A DNA stretch of 64,000 nt, from the NCBI GenBank assembly GCA_965649825.1, contig OZ287701.1:237101-301100 (forward strand), read 5' to 3'. Made by a program: the position numbers and the translations under genes. Source of the DNA: Penicillus capitatus. Lineage: Eukaryota; Plantae; Chlorophyta. Under the pieces are notes generated by a model, which was not told the origin of the DNA, made no database searches, and worked only from the letters and a program-made list of their open reading frames with translations. Numbering within the stretch: position 1 is the first letter of the stretch; each line of letters begins with the position of its first letter. Of the stretch, positions 23,600 through 35,167 are shown piece after piece.

Positions 23600-25955
23600 A
23601 TGTAACGTAGAACTGTTAGGACCGAGGGGTGTCGCGAGAGGCATGGGTGCGTCAAGGGCACGAGTAGAGACGAATCGGATGGGTATTCTTTCAGGTAAGT
23701 CTGTACATCGTTATATATCTTAACGTCGCCTCAATCGACAGTGACGTTCCATGCTCTAACAGAACGATGCATTAAGATAGCAAACGCCAGTGTACATGAA
23801 CCGCATTTAAGCGGCATAATGCATCCGTCGGTCTATCGTTTCTCGATTCATAGACTTAGCGGTTCCTTCGAAATGCAGGGCCCAGCCGCTGCCGCTTTAC
23901 TTAACAACAACACCGCCCAGCCAAATGACACTCACATATCCATCGCTTCGGAGCCTGTGTGGTAAAGCTTGCACGAGAAGTACGGCAATAAAGTGCAGGT
24001 AAAATGCCTGACATAGGAACGAAATCAAAAACGGCGCTAGAATAAGCGGCCTCATCAAGACTGCGCCAGACGATGTCATCGAATTTCTGACAACCCACTC
24101 TGTGAAAAGGCTCGGTTCGTTCGTAGTTAAGGTATGATGCATTTCTACTCTCTGAGACATTCACGAGAAATGTTTGTATAAAGCACACAGACGTTTTACT
24201 AGCATTTGGTCAGCAGATCATACTTACAAGGGGATCCGACTCAGTGCACGACCCAGAGTACCAGAGAAACTGGAAAGAAGTCATCAGATCATGTGCCGAG
24301 AAGACAAGCAAACACCGTCGAAGATTCCTGGAAGACAGTGAGTCTTCTTCAACAGAGTCGTGCTCAAAGAGTTTAGCGTAGATTCGTGGGAGGAGAACGT
24401 CACCGTCACTGCCTACGTGGTGAACATTGAGGACGCCGCGGCTAGCCGCAATAATGGACTGCTGTCTCCTCTGGTGCAGAAATCCCATACTGGTGTCGCC
24501 AGCAACGACATCTTCGATCTTCCCGTTGTCCGTGCCATCATCGAGTACAAATGGTGCAGCTGGGCTCGTCCTTATCTGATCATCGAGTTCGGGCTGTACC
24601 TTGGTTGGCTGTTTTCGTTTGTGGCGTTCCTGATCATCTACATCGTACGCCTCGCTTCATCAATTGACCATCACAGGATGTGTGATCTGAAGGAAACGGA
24701 CCTCAGAAAGGACTTTGACGAACAATCAACTTACGGCAGGTTTCTTCTGGTTGTTGCATACATGATGGATGTGCTTTCCGTCGTTCTTATGTCGCCATTT
24801 CTCTTTATTGAATACAAGACGATTTGCTCCTATGGTTTGCGGTGGCTCCAGACGTGCAATCTCATCGACAGCATCGCTTACGTCCTTCAGGTTCTCCCAG
24901 TCACCGTTGTTTCTGCTTTGCTAATGCCTTGTTTGCAGATTGCTGTCTCCTTCCATCATCTCGTCGCAGATGAACATTTGGAGAACAAGCACTATAATAC
25001 GCTCTTGGCTGTGCAATGCGTTCTTCTATTTATCAAGATTCAGCATTTTGGAAGGTATTCATCCTATAAACAGCAGTTTCGGGTAATGATTACCAAAACA
25101 GGGTATTTGGGGCAAAGACCTGCTTCGTGGATCTATTATCCCGCGTCGTTTCTAAAGTTCACTGGTTTCTTGTGTTCATCATTTTGACGATGGTCTCAGT
25201 CGCCCTTTCCCTCGCCGTCCTATACAAAGATGATGCGGTTTGTCTCTTTTCGTTCTTCTTCGTGCGTCCTGATGCAGTATTTCTAGGACGATGGTTTGAG
25301 AACTGCTGGCGATTTTAGCAATGTCATTCGTTCTGTCGTGACTACCTATGCTATTCTGCTTGGACACTTCGAAACAGAATACGTCTTCGACGGCTCGAAC
25401 AAGATTGCGAAGGGTGTCTTCTTACTGTTCTTCCAAGTCATCATGTCCATCACCGTCCTCAATCTCCTCATCGCTGTCATGACGGAATCATACAGAAGAG
25501 TAGGGACGGTTCTCTTGCGTCTAACTAAATGAAGGATTAACGTTCAGGTCGCGACGGAATCAAGGATCATGTACAATGTCGGAAGAGCTCAGCTTATTGA
25601 CGAACTTGAGGTGACACTTCCGAAAAGCTGGGTGCCGAGCTTAAAACCGTTCTGCCATTTTCTCGTGGTTGAGCAAACACCCAAGCAGCAGCGATCTTCA
25701 CGTTCTCGATCACCTCTGGCACGTGTCCTGTCACGCAATAATCCATTGCTGAGCACGGAAGTGGTTGTTGCTCCTTTACTCTCGGAGATTGAGTCCCTGA
25801 AGACCGAAGTGAAAACTTTGACTCGGAACATCGATGTAAGCTTAAACGGACCGGATGATCGTGATGATCGATCACTTCTCTGTGTGTAGACTCTCACCTC
25901 AAAGTTCAACACATTGGTTGAGAGGTTGCCCCCTGCAGCCGCAAATGCTATCTGA
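23600..25955 (+). CDS. TRP-like channel (TRP-3): ancestral 5' end disrupted, remaining exons open (N-truncated gene or young pseudogene)
   Basis: Removing the 23614-23761 insertion restores alignment to the TRP-4 start (ATG at 23600), but with two TAA stops and a frameshift. From ATG 23819/23873 onward all exons are open (pore YAILLGHFE, S6 VLNLLIAVMTES) up to TGA at 23953-equivalent position 25953-25955. Confidence 0.75.
23614..23761. mobile_element. Solo LTR-like insertion, family 4 (148 bp), in exon 1 of TRP-3
   Basis: Terminal inverted repeat TGTTAG/CTAACA with 4-bp TSD GAAC (23610-23613, 23762-23765). Contains TTATATAT. Its removal restores collinearity with the TRP-4 and TRP-5 first exons. 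Confidence 0.82.
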
Positions 25956-26538
25956 ATCACTATTCTGGGCTTTTTGATTACTCTTGTTAAACGATTCTTT
26001 TCTGTGGGCATAATAAAGCTTCAAAATTTTCCAAGGGTAATCATATTATTGCGTACGCCGTTCAGACAGAATCCCTGATACAGAGAATTTCAGTGCTCAT
26101 GTTGCAGCCCATAAGCTGCATTATTAACTGTGTTCTTGTTCTTTTGTCTGTCTTAAGACTTCGACAGCTTTACTCGATATTGTGTTAGCCGCTTCGGCTT
26201 CATCTGTTGTTGTTTTGATGGATACGACTTTGCCGGTAATGCCGGCACAGGAAATCCTTCTGTCATTGTTTCCTTTTTATACATCCTCATCTGAATCCTA
26301 TCTGTCAGTGTATGTCTACCAAAGAGATTGAACATGTACCACATAACGTATTTCGCTGGGGAGTGAATATGCCACAGGCCAACAAAAACGGTTTTTCAAA
26401 GAACAGTTCCAGTAGGAACGTTAAACACGCAGTGTTGTTCTTCTTTCTCGATTTGCTTTTCGAAGCGATAGAGTGACCGAGTGAACTTGGTTGATCAAAG
26501 CAATACGGAAGTGGAAGAGGACTAAATGAACACTCTAG

Positions 26539-27150
26539 TCAAGGCTGAATGAAATTAGAAGTGTCGCGTCCGTGACATCTTTCTAAGAGTATTCCGTGCA
26601 AGCTTTTGTGCGAGAACTGTAAAACCATTCAGCGCATTCGCCTTAGACTTTGATCTCAATTACAAAAGAATGCAGCAATACATATCGAAAATACACAGTT
26701 GCATGGATTAGTTATGGGTCATGCATCTGGATGGCTCCACGAGTTTCTTCTAATTTTCCGACACCGAGTCAAATTTACGAAAGGTAACGGTCAATCGCTT
26801 TAGTTTTAGTTCTCTGGTCCGAATTGTGTTGAATCGCCCGTGCAATGTTGATCCCATAGTTAGCTAGCTCCAGACGACGAATTGGACTTGCAAAGTCAAC
26901 GTTACAATTGAGGTAACCCTCGGGTAACATAACAATATAACGACGTTCTCAGTCGAGAAGAAACAAACGACAAGGGACGCAAAAAAAAGAAATTACACCG
27001 TGTCTGTTTGATTTCCATTCAACACAGGAAGAGGATTCGTTCACTTAAACAACTTCGCATTAGATCCCTTCACAACAGTCTTTGTCTTCGTCAGCGGATT
27101 CACAAACGTTCAAAACAAGTTTGGCACTCTATTTACGATTTGGGTCGTTA
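26539..27150 (-). pseudogene. Decayed paralogue of PAN-C (two-PAN protein)
   Basis: The minus strand reads ANYGINIARAIQHNSDQRTKTKAIDRYLS*I*LGV, versus PAN-C ANYGVGLRVPVRSNSTRGTETEAHGCRLSPIVVGV. It also reads V*GECAEWFYSSRTKACT/ILLERCHGRDTSNFIQP*, versus VYGGCAAWFYNPNNETCTGILSEGVEGRDICGSIRP*. It occupies the same position after TRP-3 as PAN-C does after TRP-4. The 5' limit is approximate. Confidence 0.75.
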
Positions 27151-27696
27151 ACGAAGAAACGCGATATCTAACAGAAGGCTATAGTTTCAGTTTGAGGTCT
27201 TCCGCGATGCAAGACTCTGAACATTAGATACAGTCGACACGAAAAATAGTGCGGGCCACAATAAACGCGAATCTCGAAAAACAGGATTCCGTTAACTAAC
27301 AAGACCGTCGTAGAGTCAATGTAATACGGAAAAGATGATAAAGGGACAAGACACAGAATGGCCCCGACAGATGCTCGTATACGTGTGCTTCAATTGTAAC
27401 ACAAACGAGGCACTTCGGACGTGCTGTTCATCCGCTTGAAATGCTCGATGCAATCAGTTTTGGGAGTAAGCATCTTGGCGTTTTCTTGTTCAGCAGCACC
27501 ATCCTATGTTTGGTTATCCCACCACGACAAGTCCATTGTATGAACTTTCAGGTTCTTGAATAAAAGGAACGTCGACTTAAGGTCGTTGTTTTGTCTTAGA
27601 GTTGTCTGTGGTTGGTGTTCCTTCACGACGTCCTTCCTCTTGGCCATTTAGTTTTTACTCGGCAAAAGTCTTTTTGCACAAGAACTAGGTGAGAAC

Positions 27697-27892
27697 TGAC
27701 GGGTGGACACGAACGGTTTCCAGCCCGCGGACCAGACATATCGCAGCTTCGCGACGTGACGTCCGACCGCGGGCGACCAAGGGTATAAATGATGGTGCGT
27801 GCGCCGACCTGTAGTCTCTGCTTTGACTCAGGTGTCTTCCCTCCGTTCTCGCGACGCGACCGTGGCGCACGTCTCTCTGAAGATTCCCGTCA
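27697..27892 (+). mobile_element. Solo LTR-like insertion, family 5 (196 bp)
   Basis: 7-bp terminal inverted repeat TGACGGG/CCCGTCA with 5-bp TSD AGAAC (27692-27696, 27893-27897). Internal GGGTATAAAT. Single copy in the window. Confidence 0.72.
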
Positions 27893-29324
27893 AGAACCAC
27901 GTAGAATACTCTTCGAAACGAGTGCATGAAAAGTTCGCCGAAATCGAGTTACATCTAAAATTGGAAAGGAGCGCAAGAAAGTCAACAACAGCACTCAGAG
28001 CGCCAACTGAGTTCGATAAGCAAACAAACAACTCAGAGAACAGTTAAATACCTGGCGCTGCTCGGGAACCGGAAATTCCTCCAGAACTTCAAGCAGGTAG
28101 AACTTATCCGCGAGTTTGAGCTAACCAGTGGAGCTCTAGTGGCTCTGCCACAGGTTTCCCTGTGATTAATTGATCCTCTGCTCCACGAGGCTTTAGCTAA
28201 TTGATCCTCTGACACAAATGACTCTGTATCATCCGTTTCGCCAGTGCAAGTTACTATAAAACTCAATGCGCCCCTTTGTCACGTCTTGGCCCTTTTCCTT
28301 AGCACATTGCCCATCCGACGTCCTATTCTTTTCATATAGCTCGAGAATTCTCCTTCATCTGTTGATCTATTTGCGCCCAGTATTGCAACATCACGTTTTC
28401 AGCCTAGGAAGATTTTGTCAAAACTCTTCCTCTTGGAATCGTTCGTGCTCTTGTGTGGCAATCATGTGTCACGCCACTGAAGAAAGTCGACATGCGATGC
28501 GTACTCATTGCGTTGTTGAAGAACATTGGTGACCTGAATCCGCGGATATATAAAGAGGCCAGATCTCTCCACACGACGACTTTGTGTACTGTTGCAAGTG
28601 GACACGACCGCCAGTTTCGTCTTCTTTCCTAGTTCAAGTTGTTTTCCGAATGGGTCTTCATATCTTCGTTATCTGGACAAGGCATGTAAGAACAAAAGAT
28701 ATCGGTCGGTGTCTCTCGGATTTCATTGGAAGAGATCGAACCGAGCTTTTCCCAACCGATATTCAAACATTGATTCAAATCCAATCACGTGCGCAATTTT
28801 ATCCCTCGGCTATGATTGTAAAGTTGTGCTTTTCTCCTTGTTCCCGATAACAAACAGAGATCATTGGCCACGTGGAATCTAAACCCACCAACGTGCAACA
28901 CTCGGGGGTTTTCGAGTCTCTTTTACTTGGACGTTATGGACAAAGGTTCAGAGTAGAGAATTATTGCGCAATCGAGGGGATACAGAATTTCTAAGGCTTC
29001 CTGCTTTTGGCAAGAGCACTCAGGGAACCAGTTCTGTCAGCATCCAAACGTAACTCGCAAGAGCAAAGACTGATCAACGATGACGATGGTCCATTACGTC
29101 GGCATAAAGCGATGCGAAGAAATGCGACGTGTCGTAAGGCATGTAACTTATTACAGTTGATAGGCAAACGGGTCCGCCAAGAATGCGACGATTGGCACTT
29201 ATGAAGCCGTTGTGTCGATAGATAGGTGTTTTAGTTAAGGTTTAGTAAGTAGTTGTGGTAGAAGCTCCGTCCTAGGTCTGGGTTACTCCAACGCAACTCT
29301 CCCTTGTAAGGTTTCCTTCTAAGC

Positions 29325-31524
29325 ATGGCACGCTTCACGATGCGTTACGGCAGCAAACGCTACGAATCTCTACATCGCGCGTTTGAGCACCAAAGCGTGT
29401 CCATTATTCCTCGGTCGGTATTCTCAAATTCTATGGAAATGCCGGATATGACCATTGTGGAATCAATCGAGGACTTCGACTCCCAGTCCGACTACACTAG
29501 CTCATCCACCGTTTCGGAGTCCATGTGGTAATACCTATACTAAACGTTGTCCATGAGGTGTCAATGAAACGTCTGACTTCAGGAAGGCCGTACGACAGGG
29601 AGCCAGAATAGGTGACCTAATCAAGACTGCTCCAAAGGAAGTCATCAGCGTGCTAAAAAGCCACGCAGTAAAAAGATTGGGTTCTTTCGATGTGAAAGTA
29701 TGGTGCACTTTTTACTCTCTGAGGCACTAATGCGATGATTCTGCGAAGGACACGGACGTCTTACTGGCCTTTGGCCAGCAGATCATGCTCACGCGGGGAT
29801 TCGACACAGCGCGGGACCCAGAGTTCCAAAGAAACTGGGAAGAAGTCATCAGATCGTGTGTCGAGAAGACAAGCAAACGCCGTCGAAGATTTCTGGAAGA
29901 CAGTGAGTGTTCTTCACCAAGAGCTTTGCTCAAAGTCTTCTGAAGATCCGTGGGAGGAGTGCGTCACCGTCACTGCCTACGTGGTGAACATTGAGGAAGC
30001 CGCGGCTGGCCTCAAGAATGGACTGCTGTCTCCTCTGGTGCAGAAATCCCAGATTGGCGTCACCAGCAACGATATCTTCGATCTTCCCGCTATCCGTGCC
30101 GTCGTCGAGTACAAGTGGCGCAACTGGGCTCGCCGGTACCTGATCATCGAGTTCGTGCTGTACCTTGGCTGGTTGATTTCGTTCTGTGCATTCTTGATCA
30201 CCTACATCGTACGTCGCCTCTCGCTTAATCGATTAACGATCAAGAAAGCGTGATCTGTAGGAAGGGGACTTGAAAGAGAGTTTTTCCGAACAATCACCGA
30301 AGGGCAGGTTCCTGAAAGCCGAAGCATACCTGATGGATGTGCTATCCATCATTTTTATGTCGCCCTTTCTTTTCATTGAATACAACACAATTTGCTTCTA
30401 TGGAATGAGGTGGTTCCAGACGTGGAACCTGATGGACAGTATCGCTTACGTCCTTCAGGTTCTCCCAATCGCCTCCGATTCTTCTTGATAATAACTGGTT
30501 TGCAGTTTGCCATCTCCTTCTATCACCTCCTTGCAGACGAGCACATGGAAAGCAAGCACTACGATACGCTATTGGCTGTCCAATGTGTTCTTCTCTTCAT
30601 TAAAGTACAGTATTTTGGAAGGTAACTCTTACCCCACAAACAGCAGTTTCGGACAATGCCTGTGCTCAACAGGGTTTTCGGAGCGCGGACCTCCTTCATG
30701 GAAGTGATAGCTCGCGTCCTGTGTAAAGCTTACTGGTTCTTCGTGTTCATCATTTTGACAATGGTCTCAGTCTCTCTTTCCTTCGCCGTCCTGTACAAAG
30801 ATGACGCAGTATGTCTCTTTTCCCTCTTTTCTGTGCACCCTGATGCAAGTATTTTAGGATGATGCTGTGGATACTGCCGACGATTTTCGGAATGTCATTC
30901 GTTCTGTTGTGACCACATACGCCATTCTGCTTGGAAACTTCGAAACCGATTACGTCTTCGATGGCTCAAACAGGATTGTGAAGGGTGTTTTCTTTCTCTT
31001 CTTCCAAGTCATCATGTCCATTACTGTCCTCAATCTCCTTATCGCTGTCATGACAGAAGCCTACGGAACAGTACTGTCGGTTCTCCAGATGATCACTTGG
31101 ATAACAGTCTGCATGCAGGTCACGACGGAATCCAGAATCATGTACAACATTGGAAGAGCACAGATAATGGACGAACTCGAGGTGGCACTTCCCAAGAGCT
31201 GGGGACCGCGCTTGAAACCGTTTTGCCATTTCCTCATGGTTGAGCCAACACCCAAGCAGTAGAGTTTCTCGAGTTGTCAATCACGATAGCAGAGTGTCCT
31301 ACTCCACAGGGATTCATCTTTCAAAGAACAGGGGGGCGCTGTTTCTTTTACTTCCGAAGAAGGAGACTGGCGGGATGAAGTACAGTCTCTGAGGAAGAAA
31401 GTTGACGTAAGCTTGATTATACATGGTACCAGTAAAAAGATTGCTTGTCTGTTTGTAGACTCTTACTTCACAGCTCAACATATTGGTTGAGAGGCTCTCT
31501 CCTGCAGTCAATAACGCTCTCTGA
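29325..31524 (+). CDS. TRP-like 6-TM cation channel (TRP-4), apparently intact
   Basis: Starts MARFTMRYGSK; LPAIRAVVEYKW, pore YAILLGNFETDY, VLNLLIAVMTEAY and MYNIGRAQIMDELE. GT-AG introns at conserved positions. TGA at 31522-31524. Confidence 0.9.
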
Positions 31525-32109
31525 TGCATTATTCTGTGGATTTTTGATATCTTTTGTCCGATTATTTATCTCTGTGGCAATTATGGAGTTCAAGACTTTT
31601 AAACAGACTTACCATTTTGGTGTGCAGTCGACTTGGACAGAAAATCCCACACATAGAATTTTCCGACGTTCGTGTTGAAATCTATCTATTTACTCACTTC
31701 CTACTGTTATTTTTCCATTACCATCTCTGTGGTTTCGACAGCTCTCTCGACACTAAGCGTAAGCACGCTAGTTCATCTGTGTCTGCACCGACGGAGTTGG
31801 CCTCGTAGACAATTCTCATTCCAAGTGGGACTGTTATGTCAATATCTGATCTGCATCCACCGTCTCGCCGGACGTTTGCCAAAGAGATTGGACACGTATT
31901 GCACACAACATAACGTTCTCATTACTGCGCGAATGTGCCACAGATCAGTAAACACGAGAATGATACTCAAAGAGCAATTCCAGTAGGAACGCCAAACACT
32001 CGGTGATCTTGCTCGATTGGACATCTGAGCCGATATAAGCCGAGTGGGACTTGGTCGGTCAAAGCAATGTGAAAGAAGAGGACTGGATAATCAAACAACA
32101 AGTCTCCAT

Positions 32110-32859
32110 TCAAGGTCGGATGGAACCGCAAATGTCCCTTCCTTCGACGCCTTCTGAGAGTATCCCGGTGCAGGTTTCATTGTTCGGATTGTAGAACCAC
32201 GCAGCACATCCGCCGTAGACGTTGCTCTGCACTAAGCGGACACGCAAACACATTTGCATGGACAGCGTCAAGAAATTGACGTACAGTTCAGGCAGGCGGC
32301 TCGACAGGCTTCCTGCGAGGTTCTGACACCAACGACAATGGGGGACAGTCGACACCCGTGCGCTTCCGTTTCGGTTCCCCGAGTGGAGTTGCTCCTCACC
32401 GGCACTCTGAGGCCGACGCCGTAGTTGGCGTCGCATGCCGTGCCGAGCTCCTCGGGCACGTCGTGTTCATTGTAGAAGTCTGCGTAGTACGAACCAACTT
32501 CGTCCGTCTCTTCATCGAAATGAAAGACATATCCGTCGCAGTACTCACGGTCGGGGCTGTACACGTAGCCAAAGCACGGACCGTTGCGTTTGCTCGAATC
32601 TACGAAAAAGACAGCTCCTTCTTTCTCGCGGTGAAGGAAGCGGTGCTGTCTCACAATTCTTGCAGGCTTCGACACACGTTTGCTCGTCGAGAGCGAGCGT
32701 CAAGCGCACGTATGAATATGTACAGGCACGCTGCTCCTCTAGGGGGTCATAAAAGAGAGCGTAGTCGTCCGCCTGTCCGCCACCGTAAGACGCCTGTCCG
32801 GCGACAGTACTGACAAAGACAACAGCGAGAAGCGTTAGAGAAACGCGCGAGAGCGCCAT
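32110..32859 (-). CDS. Small secreted two-PAN/Apple-like protein (PAN-C), 3 exons
   Basis: Signal peptide MALSRVSLTLLAVVFVSTVAG, then CVEACKN|SSKRNGPCFGYVYSPDREYCDGY...ACRAACLN|...GGCAAWFYNPNNETC. Same intron positions and phases as PAN-A and PAN-B. Confidence 0.85.
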
Positions 32860-35167
32860 AGTAATAGTATTCAGACAAATCAGTATGTATATCGTTGAAA
32901 CGCTTGTATGAATTGTTTTGAGAAATAAAGGCAAAGAGACAATGGCGCTCTGAACTTCGACTGAAATCGCACGAGTCCCTTCCCAGCCATCGACGGAAGT
33001 GAAGCCCGAAGGAAGTGGCTTCTTCTCGAAACAGTGCAGTAATAAATGGTATCCGTGACAAATACAACAGTTTGTAATGCATGACTCATGTGGGTATGAC
33101 GTTTTTCGTCTTGCTGTCGTGAACTTGGATATGCGGCCGGAATGGCGTTGCGCTGCACGCCGCGCTGATCGACGGCAATCTCCCAAAACGTGTGTTCTGG
33201 CTTCGGCCTTGGAGGTCTATCTGGCCATGCGTCTCGACTGACCTGTGCACCAGCCCCTCGACCCAAAAGGAAATGGAGAACTGCGCGCCTTCTTGCGAGC
33301 GCGGGCGCATTCGAGCAGCCATCACTGGCAAAGAATGAACCCTTAGTTCTCTGCCCGTTACTTGAGTTGTTTGTCCATTGTGCTTTTCTAGCTAATGAGC
33401 CATTATCTAAGTGAAGGAGGGAAGGCTGTTTTGGCAATCATTGCTTCAACACGTCGCGGATGGTGATCAGTTTTCGGTATCTTTGACTGTCTGCTATCTG
33501 TCACAGTGAGAACAGTCGCACGTAACATCGTTGAACTGCGACGGTCCTTCAAAACCTTGACAGGTGCCTTCGGGGTTATCCCTATTGTGCATCGCTCGCT
33601 TTCTGCATCCGTGTCGAGGCTTCGTTGCCGTGCGTACTTTGACATGTCGCCTTAGAGACCTGGTGCTGACGTAGATGGTCGAAGGAGCTGTATACTGGTT
33701 CTGCCTGCAGGCAGAACATTCCACATGTGCAAAGAACACCGTTGTGTGTTCAGCGCAGTAGCGTTTGGGAGTGTGTCGCGATCGATGCGCCGTCTACGGG
33801 TTTTTCTTATACGATCCACAATTCTCCCTAGATATGCCTCTACAGGAAGGGTTGTTTGTGCTTGTAGCTATTACCTGATGATAATAGATTCATTAAGAGA
33901 TGGTTAGAAATGTAGCGTTCTGCATCTGGATCATTCTATTTCCTGCTCATTTCTCTGCAACTCTTGATGCAAATCTCAACAAAAACCGATCTCTTTAACG
34001 ACTCCTAGAATTTACGATGAACTCGCTATCAGCCTTACTCTTGTATCACTGTGCTACAACTCAAGGCGAATAGTTTTTTTTTGATTTGAAGTGCGACGCC
34101 ATCAGTGGCGAAGCTCGTTCTAGGCCTTCATTGTTCGCATAACAGAGAAGAGGTGTTCAATATAACTCAAGGATTTGAATGAACGTTTGACATGTCGACG
34201 TGCTCTATTTGGAAATAATGTACACTCGGGGTGATACAGCGAAGCTCTTTCAATCTCTCCAGGAAATATTAAACTGCTAACCGACTTAGTCATCTGATAA
34301 ACGTAGACGAACCAAAGAATCTTTGTGATGCATATAAATAAGATCCGCCTTACCTTGTCAGAGATGAAGGTAGCCATCCTCGACACTTGGTTGACTCATC
34401 ACCCGCGTTTTGCTTCCACTGACTCTGTTGGCTCGTGCTCGGCGTAATGTCCTGACATCTGTTCAGTCCAATAGGATTAATGGAGAGTAAGGCCTACGAA
34501 ACTGTTAGGATAGAAGGGCAGCGCTCACGGTTAGTGTGCACAAAATCTCACACTTCACCTTTTCTCGCTTGATCGCCAAGGCGAATTTGAAGAGAGGACC
34601 AGCAAGTTCTTGATCCCGCCGGCTTCTTGTTCCACTGAGAATGTAGCTGAACCGGTCTTCCTCGCAGGACATGTTTTTTCCCGAGTTCGACCGCGGCGAC
34701 CTCTTCTCACAGAGACACCATCGAAGTATCGCTCCCACAGCGGAGTTTTCGCGAACCTCTGAGTAATGTTGCTCCAATTATCTGCTCGCACATTGGGATG
34801 TCCACATCTCTCACTTTTGGAAGGAGAGAATTCGACTGCGATGATCGATTCAGTGAAACCGTTAGGACTCGCCGAGCATCGAGAGCATTGACCAGAGGTT
34901 AATGCAAAAGACTGCTCGTCACCTGGTACATCCAAACACTCTCACTCTTCGTGGTTAACGCGGCTGCAGGACCACGCATCATATGTTATTGGAACACGTG
35001 GCATTCGTAAAACGTGGACCGCGCGCGACTGCCCCGCGGTGGATAGGTGACGAACGCAATATAATGAGATTCTTGGCATTTACATGGATAGTTGTGGCAA
35101 TAGCACCGTGTTTCAGTCTACGTCATTTTTACCGCGACCTCTCTACGAAAAAGTTACCTTCTAGAAA

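Noticed and set aside
34503-34859. Another TGTTAGG-type solo LTR flanked by GAAAC
   Set aside because: No matching CTAACA or CA end, so the flank repeat may be chance.
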